From the NCBI GenBank assembly GCA_050012475.1, contig JBEKHC010000113.1, forward strand, positions 1 through 15,056: a stretch of 15,056 nucleotides of DNA, written 5' to 3'. Position 1 is the stretch's first letter, and the number at the start of each line of letters is the position of its first letter. This DNA is from Candidatus Velthaea sp. (GTDB lineage: Bacteria; Vulcanimicrobiota; Vulcanimicrobiia; Vulcanimicrobiales; Vulcanimicrobiaceae). A program made the position numbers and the translations under genes. A model generated the notes under the pieces. That model ran no database searches and was not told the DNA's origin. It was given only the letters and a program-made list of their open reading frames with translations. Shown piece by piece: positions 6,613-13,712 of the stretch.

Positions 6613-7374
6613 ATGGCAGCACTACCGGAGGACGCGTCGCAGGTGGTTTCGCGAATCGAGGCGCTGCTCGACGAAGCGGACCGCCTCATCGAGCGCACCG
6701 GCGCCGCCGACGAGAACGCATTCTCGCTCAAAGAAACCGGTCGCCGTTACCTCCCCGATACGCTCAACGCCTATCTCAACGTGCCGCCCAGCCAGCGCGA
6801 CGCCGTGGCCGACGGCTTGTTGGTCGACCAGCTGCGACTGCTGGAGCGAGCGACGGCCTCACGACTCGCCGCGTTGGCCGAGACGGGCCGCACGAATCTG
6901 GCCGCCAACGGCGCGTTTTTGTCCGAGCGGTTTGGTCCGGTTCAAGAGTTGCCGGCGGTCGCGCAGACGGCGACGCCGGGCGCGCTCGCGCCGCCGCGCG
7001 CGCTCGTCGCCCGCTTGTTCGCCGATCTGCAAACGCCGGGCCGGACCGATCCGGCGCGGCTGCTCGAGCTTGCCGGCCAGCGTTTCGCGGCGGTCTTTCC
7101 GCAGCTAACGACCGTTCGGCGCGGACTGTTCGGCGGTCCGCCCAAAAGCGTCGCGCTCGACGTGCCGCGCGGCGCCGACGTCTTGCGTTACGTGCTCGAG
7201 GCCGACCGGACGGGCATCGCGGCATCGTGCACCAAGGTCGTGCGCGGCGTCGCCTTGCGCACCGAGCGAATCGACGTCGGCGAATGGATGCGCGCGTTGC
7301 TCGAAGACATGAGCGCCTTTGTCGAACGCGATCGCGCAGCACGCGACCTTCTCACCGCCTTTCTCTCGGGGTAA
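6613..7374 (+). CDS. Hypothetical two-domain protein (253 aa): XpaC-like/TelA-partner helical N-domain plus uncharacterised C-domain
   Basis: The N-part has RYLPDTLNAYL.VP...LLVDQL.LLE...L.ANG.FL.ERF, the pattern of TelA-associated XpaC-like proteins. A Pro/Ala linker follows, then a C-part with TVRRGLFGG...Y.LE...KVVRGVALRTE.IDVGEW...L. Confidence 0.75.
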   Translation: MAALPEDASQVVSRIEALLDEADRLIERTGAADENAFSLKETGRRYLPDTLNAYLNVPPSQRDAVADGLLVDQLRLLERATASRLAALAETGRTNLAANGAFLSERFGPVQELPAVAQTATPGALAPPRALVARLFADLQTPGRTDPARLLELAGQRFAAVFPQLTTVRRGLFGGPPKSVALDVPRGADVLRYVLEADRTGIAASCTKVVRGVALRTERIDVGEWMRALLEDMSAFVERDRAARDLLTAFLSG

Positions 7375-7383
7375 ACGCTACAT

Positions 7384-8235
7384 ATGAGTTTTTTCGGCAT
7401 CGGCAATCGCCAGGGTCAGCAGTCTGCAGTCGGCCTGACGCAAGGCGGCGTGCCGCTCGATGCGATCGCGCGTCTGCGACGGATGCGCGGCGAAGGCGGC
7501 AAGCCGCTTTTCACCAGCGATCTGTCCGTTTCGGAATTCGTGTTGCTCAAAGAGCTCAACATGGAACCCGTCGGGCTGGTGCTGGGCAGTTCGATCTATC
7601 ACGTCGGTCTGCAGTACGCCAATTACTTCAACAATGAAGAGCTCGGGGTTCTCACGCAGGCGATGTACCACGCGCGCGAGCTGGCGATGGCGCGGATGGA
7701 AGAAGAAGCCGCCGCGCTCAGCGCCGACGGCATCGTGGGTGTCAGGCTGGAAGTGGGCGGCTACGCTTGGGCTGAAAGTGCGCTCGAGTTCACCGCGATC
7801 GGCACGGCGGTGAAGGCGCCGGCGGGCAGCGACTATCGCACGGTTCACGGCAAGCCCTTCACGAGCGACTTGTCGGTGCAAGATTTTTACCGGCTGCACG
7901 AAGTGGGGTACATTCCGGCCGAACTCGTGATGGGCACCTGCGTCTACCACATCGCGCACGCCGGCTTCATGCAGACGATGCGCACGCTGGGCACGAACGT
8001 CGAGCTGCCCAATTATACGGCGGCAATCTACGACGCCCGAGAACTCGCGATGTCGCGAATGCAAGCCGAAGCCGAAGCGCACGGCGCCGAAGGCGTGGTC
8101 GGGATGCAGATCGTCGAGAAAAACCACATCTGGCAGCCGCATATCATCGAGTTCATGGCGATCGGCACCTCGATCGTGAAGCGCGCGGAATCCAAAGGCG
8201 TCAAGCCGCAGTTCCAAGTCGGGCTCAACGATTGA
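7384..8235 (+). CDS. Tandem YbjQ/UPF0145 (putative heavy-metal-binding) domain protein
   Basis: Two internal repeats: FTSDLSV.[ED]F..L......P..LV.G...YH, then Y.ARELAM.RM..EA....A.G[IV]VG..., then EF.AIGT.[VI]. Confidence 0.88.
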   Translation: MSFFGIGNRQGQQSAVGLTQGGVPLDAIARLRRMRGEGGKPLFTSDLSVSEFVLLKELNMEPVGLVLGSSIYHVGLQYANYFNNEELGVLTQAMYHARELAMARMEEEAAALSADGIVGVRLEVGGYAWAESALEFTAIGTAVKAPAGSDYRTVHGKPFTSDLSVQDFYRLHEVGYIPAELVMGTCVYHIAHAGFMQTMRTLGTNVELPNYTAAIYDARELAMSRMQAEAEAHGAEGVVGMQIVEKNHIWQPHIIEFMAIGTSIVKRAESKGVKPQFQVGLND

Positions 8236-8432
8236 CCGTGGACAATTTCGGCGACTTGTTCGGCGGTTTGGGTGACGCGCTGGGCGAGATCTTCGGCGGC
8301 GAAGCAGGAGCCGAAGGCGCGATGGGCATCGCGGAGATGCTTTCGCCCGAAGGCCGCCGCGAAGCCCAGCCGTACGTCTACGAACGCTATCTATGCGGCG
8401 GCCCGCGCAAACTCAATATCAACGATCGCTGA
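8232..8432 (+). CDS. Small hypothetical protein (64-66 aa), translationally coupled
   Basis: TTG start overlaps the upstream TGA (TTGA, 8232-8235); GTG 8238 is an alternative start. It fills the gap to telA with typical GC3-rich codons. Confidence 0.6.
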   Translation: MTVDNFGDLFGGLGDALGEIFGGEAGAEGAMGIAEMLSPEGRREAQPYVYERYLCGGPRKLNINDR

Positions 8433-8470
8433 GCATTGCGCGCTCTCACCCCAGAGACGAGGAAAAGCTT

Positions 8471-9718
8471 GTGAACGATGATGCGCTCGATGCACCGTTG
8501 ACGCCGCCCGAACAGCAGCTGGCGGCGCCGCGCCCGGTGGGGCCGGTGCCGCCCGAAAAAGCCATCGGCAAAGTTCCCATTGCCGATGCCGACAAGGCCG
8601 GGCTGGACGCGCAAGTCGCCGACGTGGCGCGGACGCTCACCGACTTGCCGCTCGACGGCGCGGAGTTCAAACGTGCCGTCGACGCGCTGAGCGCGATGGG
8701 CAACAAAGAAATCGTCGCATCGGCCAACGTCTCGAACGGGCTGCTCGACCGGCCGGCGCGCGCGCTTTCGGCGGGCGCGCTGGGCAAAGACTCCGACGTC
8801 TCCAAGCAAATGCTCGATCTGCGCAAGACGATCGAGAAGCTCGATCCGTCGCGGCAGGGCGATCTGTTCAGCGCGCCGCGCAAATTGCTGGGCATGATCC
8901 CGCTGGGGAATAAAGTACAAACCTATTTTCGCGGCTACGAGTCGTCCCAGAGCCATCTCAACGCGATCATCGAAGCGCTGTATCGTTCGCGCGATCAGCT
9001 CATGCGCGACAACGCGTCGATCGAGCAAGAGAAGGCGAACATGTGGAAGCTCATGGGGACGCTCGAGCAGTACGCATATCTGGCGCGCCGTATCGCCGAC
9101 GCGGTAAGCGCGCAGATCGACGGGATCGAAACGGCCGATCCCCAGCGCGCTCGCGTTCTCAAAGAAGACGTCTTGTTTTATGCCCGGCAAAAACAGCAAG
9201 ACATCGCCACCCAGATGGCGGTCAACGTGCAGGGCTACATGGCGCTCGATCTGATCAAGAAGAACAACATCGAGCTGCAGAAAGGCATCCAGCGCGCGAC
9301 GACAACGACGGTTTCGGCACTGCGCACGGCGGTCATCGTCGCGCAAGCGATCGCCAACCAAAAGCTCGTGCTCGATGAAATCGCTGCCCTCAACACGACG
9401 ACCGGCAATCTCATTGCCGGAAACGCCAAGATGCTCAAGGCCAACGCGACGCGCGTATACGAACAGGCGACGTCGTCCAGCGTCGATGTCGAGACGCTCA
9501 AAACGGCGTTCGCGACGGTCGTATCGGCGATGGACGACATCGCAAACTTCAAAGTCAAAGCGCTGTCCTCGATGGAACAAACGGTGAACTCGCTGACCGA
9601 CGAAGTTCAGAAAGCCAAAGCCTACGTCGACAACGAACGCAATCGCCTCGCACCGGGCACGGCATCGGCGGCGTTGAGCGGCGCGACGCCGGCGGGCGGT
9701 CCGGCGCGTATTCTCTAA
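8471..9718 (+). CDS. telA: Toxic anion resistance protein, TelA/KlaA family
   Basis: GAGG Shine-Dalgarno (8459-8462) before GTG 8471. Motifs LR.TIE.LDPS, KLLG.IP.G.K...YF..YESSQ.HLN.I, D.L.RDNA.IE.EK, LFYARQK.QD..TQ.AV..QGY.ALDLI.KNN.EL.KG..RA.TTTVSALRTAV.VAQA...QKLVL. Confidence 0.92.
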   Translation: MNDDALDAPLTPPEQQLAAPRPVGPVPPEKAIGKVPIADADKAGLDAQVADVARTLTDLPLDGAEFKRAVDALSAMGNKEIVASANVSNGLLDRPARALSAGALGKDSDVSKQMLDLRKTIEKLDPSRQGDLFSAPRKLLGMIPLGNKVQTYFRGYESSQSHLNAIIEALYRSRDQLMRDNASIEQEKANMWKLMGTLEQYAYLARRIADAVSAQIDGIETADPQRARVLKEDVLFYARQKQQDIATQMAVNVQGYMALDLIKKNNIELQKGIQRATTTTVSALRTAVIVAQAIANQKLVLDEIAALNTTTGNLIAGNAKMLKANATRVYEQATSSSVDVETLKTAFATVVSAMDDIANFKVKALSSMEQTVNSLTDEVQKAKAYVDNERNRLAPGTASAALSGATPAGGPARIL

Positions 9719-9761
9719 GCGAATGGGAAGAAGCGGCGGCCTGGGTGCAAGCCGCACAACG

Positions 9762-10187
9762 ATGAAGTCCATCGACCGGCCCCGGGAGCGCGCGCTGCGC
9801 TTCGGGGCGGCGGGGATCGTCGCGATCGCGGTCTGCGCACGATCGCCGTCGGCAGCGGACGCCGACCATCTCGACCGGCCGATCCGCATCGAGCGCTGCG
9901 CGGTAGAAAGCCGGACGTATCTGAGCGATCCGTTCAACAGCATGCGCGCAAATGTTGTAACCGGCGTAACGGTGCGCATGACGAACCTGCGCGCGCAGCC
10001 GCTTACCCGCGTGACGATCGAAGTGCGCTACGCGGGCTCGACCCAAGCGTCGACCCAAAGCGGATCGTTCGCCGCCGGCCGGCCGGTCGAGCGTCTGCTG
10101 CCGCTTTTTGGCGGCGATCCGTATCTCGGCGCGTCGGCCGATTGCCGGGTAACGTCGGCGACGTTTGCCGACGGCTTCAGCTTCTAA
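9762..10187 (+). CDS. Hypothetical secreted beta-rich protein (about 141 aa)
   Basis: Basic N-terminus, hydrophobic stretch and ADA cleavage-like site; two mature Cys (ERCAV, ADCRV); C-terminal C.V....F.DG..F pattern. Its stop overlaps the convergent nifU stop (ctaa, 10184-10187). Confidence 0.65.
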   Translation: MKSIDRPRERALRFGAAGIVAIAVCARSPSAADADHLDRPIRIERCAVESRTYLSDPFNSMRANVVTGVTVRMTNLRAQPLTRVTIEVRYAGSTQASTQSGSFAAGRPVERLLPLFGGDPYLGASADCRVTSATFADGFSF

Positions 10188-10420
10188 ACTTGCTCCACCG
10201 CGCGGATCTCGGGGACGTCCTCGCAGACGGCCCGCTCGATACCCAGCTTGAGCGTGCTCACGGCGGCCGCACAGCCGCCGCACGCGCCGACCATTTGGAC
10301 GTAGGCGACGTCGTCTTCGATGTTGATCAGCCAGACGTCGCCGCCGTCGGCGGCGATGCCCGGCCGGACCCGATCCAGCGCGGCGTCGACCCGCGCGTAG
10401 AGTGTTGCGCTGCTGCCCAT
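10184..10420 (-). CDS. NifU C-terminal (Nfu) domain Fe-S cluster carrier, 78 aa
   Basis: VDAALDRVRP.IAADGGDV.L......AYVQMVGACGGC....TLKLGIER...E.VPEI..VEQV with the CxxC motif. It is only the last 78 aa of the 936-aa ORF in the track. Confidence 0.93.
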   Translation of the reverse strand: MGSSATLYARVDAALDRVRPGIAADGGDVWLINIEDDVAYVQMVGACGGCAAAVSTLKLGIERAVCEDVPEIRAVEQV

Positions 10421-11373
10421 AAGCTTGTCGCGCCATTGTTGCACCTCGGCTGGACGTCTGCAACGACGACGGTGGCAGCCGGCGCCCAAGGCAAAACCGC
10501 GACGTACCCGAGTGCCTCGAACACGACCGTCAGCAGAAACAAGCTCACGCCGCGCGCGGCCAGCTCGGCTGGTGCTTGCTGCTCGTGGAACCAGCCGAGA
10601 AAGCCTGCGACGAGCGGGACGAGCAGCAGCGCGAAGGCGATGCCCGTCCATGGCGCGCCGCGTCCAAGGGGGACGAGCAGCGCCGGTACGATCGCCAGCG
10701 CCCCGGCCGCGGCAAGCCGGCCGGCTGCTGCCGGACCCAAACGGACGAGCAAGTTGCGCTTCCCGCCGGCGGCGTCGGCCTCGCGGTCGGGCCATTCGAC
10801 CGCCAGCATCATCGCGAACATCGCGCAGGCGGGTGCCAGGGTGGCCGCGAGCGCCAACCCATCGACGGTGCCGGTAAACGCGGCGTAGCCGGCCAGCGGG
10901 ACCAAAACAGCGACGACGGCGGCGGTATCGACTTCGCCCCAACCGCGGGCCGACAGGCGCAGCGGCGGAGCAGAGTAGCACCAGGCCAGAATTCCGATGG
11001 CCGCGCCGATTCCGGCGACGATGAACTGACCGGTCAGGGCGAACCCCGCCACGCCAAGGCTTCCCAAACTCGCGCAGAACAGCGCCGCGGCGAGCGCCGT
11101 TCCCGGAGCGAGCTCGCCGCGCACGAGCACACCGCTGCCGCCCGAAAAGGGTCCGCTCACGCCATGGCGGTCGCCGCTGCGGTCGAAGTAGTCGTTGGCG
11201 TAGTGGGTCATGAGATGGAACGCGGTCACCATCGCCTGGCCTGCGGCGTAACCCGCGAGCGTTATCGAAGCGCCTTCGTAGGCCGCAATCGCCGCGCCGA
11301 GCGCGAATCCGGCAAAGCCGCCGATGAGAAATTTCGGCCGGGAGAGCCGCAAAAACGCGGCAGCGCGATCCAT
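10327..11373 (-). CDS. menA: UbiA-superfamily prenyltransferase, MenA-like (1,4-dihydroxy-2-naphthoate prenyltransferase family)
   Basis: RLSRPKF N-terminus, first Asp motif NDYFDRSGD, FSGGSGVL, YSAPPLRL..RG.GE, second motif DREAD..GGKRNL.VRLG, multiple TM segments. The C-terminal ~55 aa look like read-through. Confidence 0.82.
   Translation of the reverse strand: MDRAAAFLRLSRPKFLIGGFAGFALGAAIAAYEGASITLAGYAAGQAMVTAFHLMTHYANDYFDRSGDRHGVSGPFSGGSGVLVRGELAPGTALAAALFCASLGSLGVAGFALTGQFIVAGIGAAIGILAWCYSAPPLRLSARGWGEVDTAAVVAVLVPLAGYAAFTGTVDGLALAATLAPACAMFAMMLAVEWPDREADAAGGKRNLLVRLGPAAAGRLAAAGALAIVPALLVPLGRGAPWTGIAFALLLVPLVAGFLGWFHEQQAPAELAARGVSLFLLTVVFEALGYVAVLPWAPAATVVVADVQPRCNNGATSLWAAAQHSTRGSTPRWIGSGRASPPTAATSG
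10435..10463 (-). promoter_or_regulatory. Sigma-70-like promoter for nifU, inside the prenyltransferase 3' tail
   Basis: Minus strand TTGCAG-N17-AACAAT with TGc directly before the -10, ending 14 nt upstream of the nifU ATG. Confidence 0.4.
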
Positions 11374-11422
11374 CGTGTGCCGCGTTGGGGGGAGAAGCGG
11401 CTCCTCCCTCGTAACCGCGGGC

Positions 11423-12976
11423 ATGCTTTTCGGCGCGATCGATGTCGGGACGAACTCGATTCACCTCATCCTGGTCGAGTGCGATTCGATCTACGATACG
11501 TCGCGGGTCGTCCACAAAGCGCGCGAGATGGTCCGGTTGGGCAGCAACGACGCACTCGAGCGGGGCCGGCTGTCCGCCAAAGCGATGACCCGCGGAGTCG
11601 ACGCGATCCGGCGCTTCGTCGAAACGGCGCGCGCGCGCGGAGCGGAGCGTATCCGCGCCGTGGCGACGTCGGCGGTGCGTGAAGCCGAGAACGGCGTCGA
11701 GTTTCGCTCCCGGGTCGAAGCCCAAACCGGCATTTCGCTCGAGATTCTGGACGCCGGCGAAGAAGCGCGGCTCATCCATCTCGGGGTTGCGAGCGGTTTC
11801 TCGATTGACGACCGCACCGCGTGCATCATCGACATCGGCGGCGGGTCGACGGAGTTCATCGTCGCGGACGGAGATCGGGCGTACCTGCTGGACTCGGTGA
11901 AACTCGGCAGTCTGCGGTTGTACGATGCGTTTTTGCGCGATACGCTCGACCCGGCACGCGCGGCCCGGGGGCTCAACCTGTACGTTCGCGACGCGCTCGC
12001 CCCGCTGATGGACCGCGTGCGCCGCTATCAGCTCGACATGTGTATCGGCACCTCCGGCACGATCATGGGCCTGGCCACCGTCGACGCGGCCGAGCGCGGC
12101 ATCGAATTGCGCCGGATCCATGGGTACGCGCTCGAACTCACGCGGCTGGAAGCGCTGCAGAAACGCATGCTCGCGATGTCCGAAGCCGAGCGCAAGAAGC
12201 TGCCCGGGATGAATCCGCGCCGCGCCGACATCATCGTGGCCGGCAACGCCGTCCTCATCGCGGCCCTCACGCACTTGGGCATCTCGACGATCGTCGTATG
12301 CGAGCGCGCGCTGCGCGACGGCATCATCGTCGACCTCATCGCGCGCGACCGCGCGCTGGCCAAACAACTGGGCGACATGCACGCCGCGCGCCTTGCGGAA
12401 CTCGAAGCGCTGGGCCACAAGTACGGGCACCTGGGACCGCACGAACGGCACGTTGCGTTTCTCGCGCTGCGACTGTTCGAACGCCTCGCCGACCTGCACG
12501 GTCTGCCGCTTGCCGACCGCGACGTGTTGTACGCCGCGGCGCTGCTGCACAGCGTGGGCCGTTTCATCGCCGACAGCGCGTGCCACAAGCACAGCGCCTA
12601 CATCATTCGGGCATCGGTCTTGCCCGGCTGGCGCGACGACGAACGCGAGCTGATCGCGCTGGTGGCCCGCTACTATCGCAAAGCGATGCCCAAGGCGACG
12701 CATCCGGAATTCACGGCGCTCGAACCGGCGCAGCGCGAGCGGGTCGAGAAACTCGCCGCCTTGTTGCGCATCGCCGACGGACTCGACGTTCGGCGCACCG
12801 CGGCCGTCAATGACGTCACGATCCGGCGCGAAAGTGACGAGATCGTCGTGGTCGCGCAGGCCGAGACCGACGTCGCGGGCGAACTTGCAGCAGCGATGCT
12901 CAAAGCGGATTTGTTCGAGCGGGCATTCGGCGTTCGCGTCGCGATCGACGCGCAACTGGCGGAGTTGCGCGCGTGA
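11423..12976 (+). CDS. ppx: Exopolyphosphatase / pppGpp phosphohydrolase (Ppx/GppA) with C-terminal HD-like domain
   Basis: AIDVGTNSIHL, AVATSAVREAENG, EEARLI..GV, IIDIGGGSTE, GTSGT, RADIIVAG, ALRDG, AALLH..G, HKHSAYII, LLRIADGLD. Start at ATG 11423. Confidence 0.95.
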   Translation: MLFGAIDVGTNSIHLILVECDSIYDTSRVVHKAREMVRLGSNDALERGRLSAKAMTRGVDAIRRFVETARARGAERIRAVATSAVREAENGVEFRSRVEAQTGISLEILDAGEEARLIHLGVASGFSIDDRTACIIDIGGGSTEFIVADGDRAYLLDSVKLGSLRLYDAFLRDTLDPARAARGLNLYVRDALAPLMDRVRRYQLDMCIGTSGTIMGLATVDAAERGIELRRIHGYALELTRLEALQKRMLAMSEAERKKLPGMNPRRADIIVAGNAVLIAALTHLGISTIVVCERALRDGIIVDLIARDRALAKQLGDMHAARLAELEALGHKYGHLGPHERHVAFLALRLFERLADLHGLPLADRDVLYAAALLHSVGRFIADSACHKHSAYIIRASVLPGWRDDERELIALVARYYRKAMPKATHPEFTALEPAQRERVEKLAALLRIADGLDVRRTAAVNDVTIRRESDEIVVVAQAETDVAGELAAAMLKADLFERAFGVRVAIDAQLAELRA

Positions 12977-13707
12977 CCAACGGCGCTGCGGCAACGCCGG
13001 TCGTGCGACCGGACGCTGCCGCTCCCAAGAAGATCCTGCTCGTCGACGACGAGGCCGCGATCGTCCAATCGCTGCGCTATACCCTCGAAAAAAACGGCTA
13101 TGCCGTGCTCACCGCCGGCGACGGCCGCAGTGCCGTCGCGCTGGCGTCGGCGGAAGCGCCGGACCTCGTCCTGCTCGACATCATGCTTCCCTTGCTCGAC
13201 GGCATCGAGGCCTGCAAACAGATCCGCAAAGTCAGCACGGTGCCGATCATCATGCTGACGGCCAAAGACCACGAATTCGACAAGGTCTTGGCGCTTGAAC
13301 TAGGTGCCGACGATTACGTCACCAAGCCGTTTTCGCTCGGCGAGATCATGGCGCGGATCAAAGCACGTCTGCGCCGCCAAGACGCGCTCGTCGAAGCCCA
13401 CAAAAACGAAGCGATCACGATCGGCGAGATCACGATCGATCCGGCGCGCGGGCGCTTGACGGTCCGCGGCAGCGATGTGTCTCTAGCGCCCAAGGAGTTC
13501 CGGCTGCTGCATCTGCTCATGGAAAACCGCGGCCGGATCGTCACGCGGCAGATCTTGCTCGAGAAGGTCTGGGGCTACGATTTCGAGGGCGAGCATCAGA
13601 CGATCAGCGTTCACATCCGCTGGCTGCGCGAAAAAATCGAGATCGACCCGAACAACCCGCGGCATATCGCCACCGTGCGCAGCCGCGGTTACATGTTCCG
13701 CGAGTAG
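12973..13707 (+). CDS. phoB: OmpR/PhoB-family response regulator (PhoB/PhoP/RegX3-like)
   Basis: Receiver motifs LLVDDE, LLDIMLP (phospho-Asp), PIIMLTAK, LELGADDYVTKPF; winged-helix KEF.LL..L, VWGYDF..T.SVHIRWLREKIE, TVR..GY. GTGA overlap with the ppx stop. Confidence 0.88.
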   Translation: MTNGAAATPVVRPDAAAPKKILLVDDEAAIVQSLRYTLEKNGYAVLTAGDGRSAVALASAEAPDLVLLDIMLPLLDGIEACKQIRKVSTVPIIMLTAKDHEFDKVLALELGADDYVTKPFSLGEIMARIKARLRRQDALVEAHKNEAITIGEITIDPARGRLTVRGSDVSLAPKEFRLLHLLMENRGRIVTRQILLEKVWGYDFEGEHQTISVHIRWLREKIEIDPNNPRHIATVRSRGYMFRE

Positions 13708-13712
13708 GATCC

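Noticed and set aside
9810..9840. Lipoprotein lipobox in the secreted hypothetical protein
   Set aside because: IAVC does not fit [LVI][ASTVI][GAS]C.
8387..9979. 530-aa minus-strand ORF (likewise 7378-8217, 5219-6622, 6486-7637, 4419-5330, 10576-11682, 11821-12813)
   Set aside because: Antisense or alternate-frame shadows of well-supported genes, as expected in high-GC DNA; no recognisable motifs.
10421..12994. 936-aa minus-strand ORF as a giant NifU fusion
   Set aside because: It is an antisense shadow of ppx and an off-frame reading of menA; only the last 78 aa match the Nfu domain.
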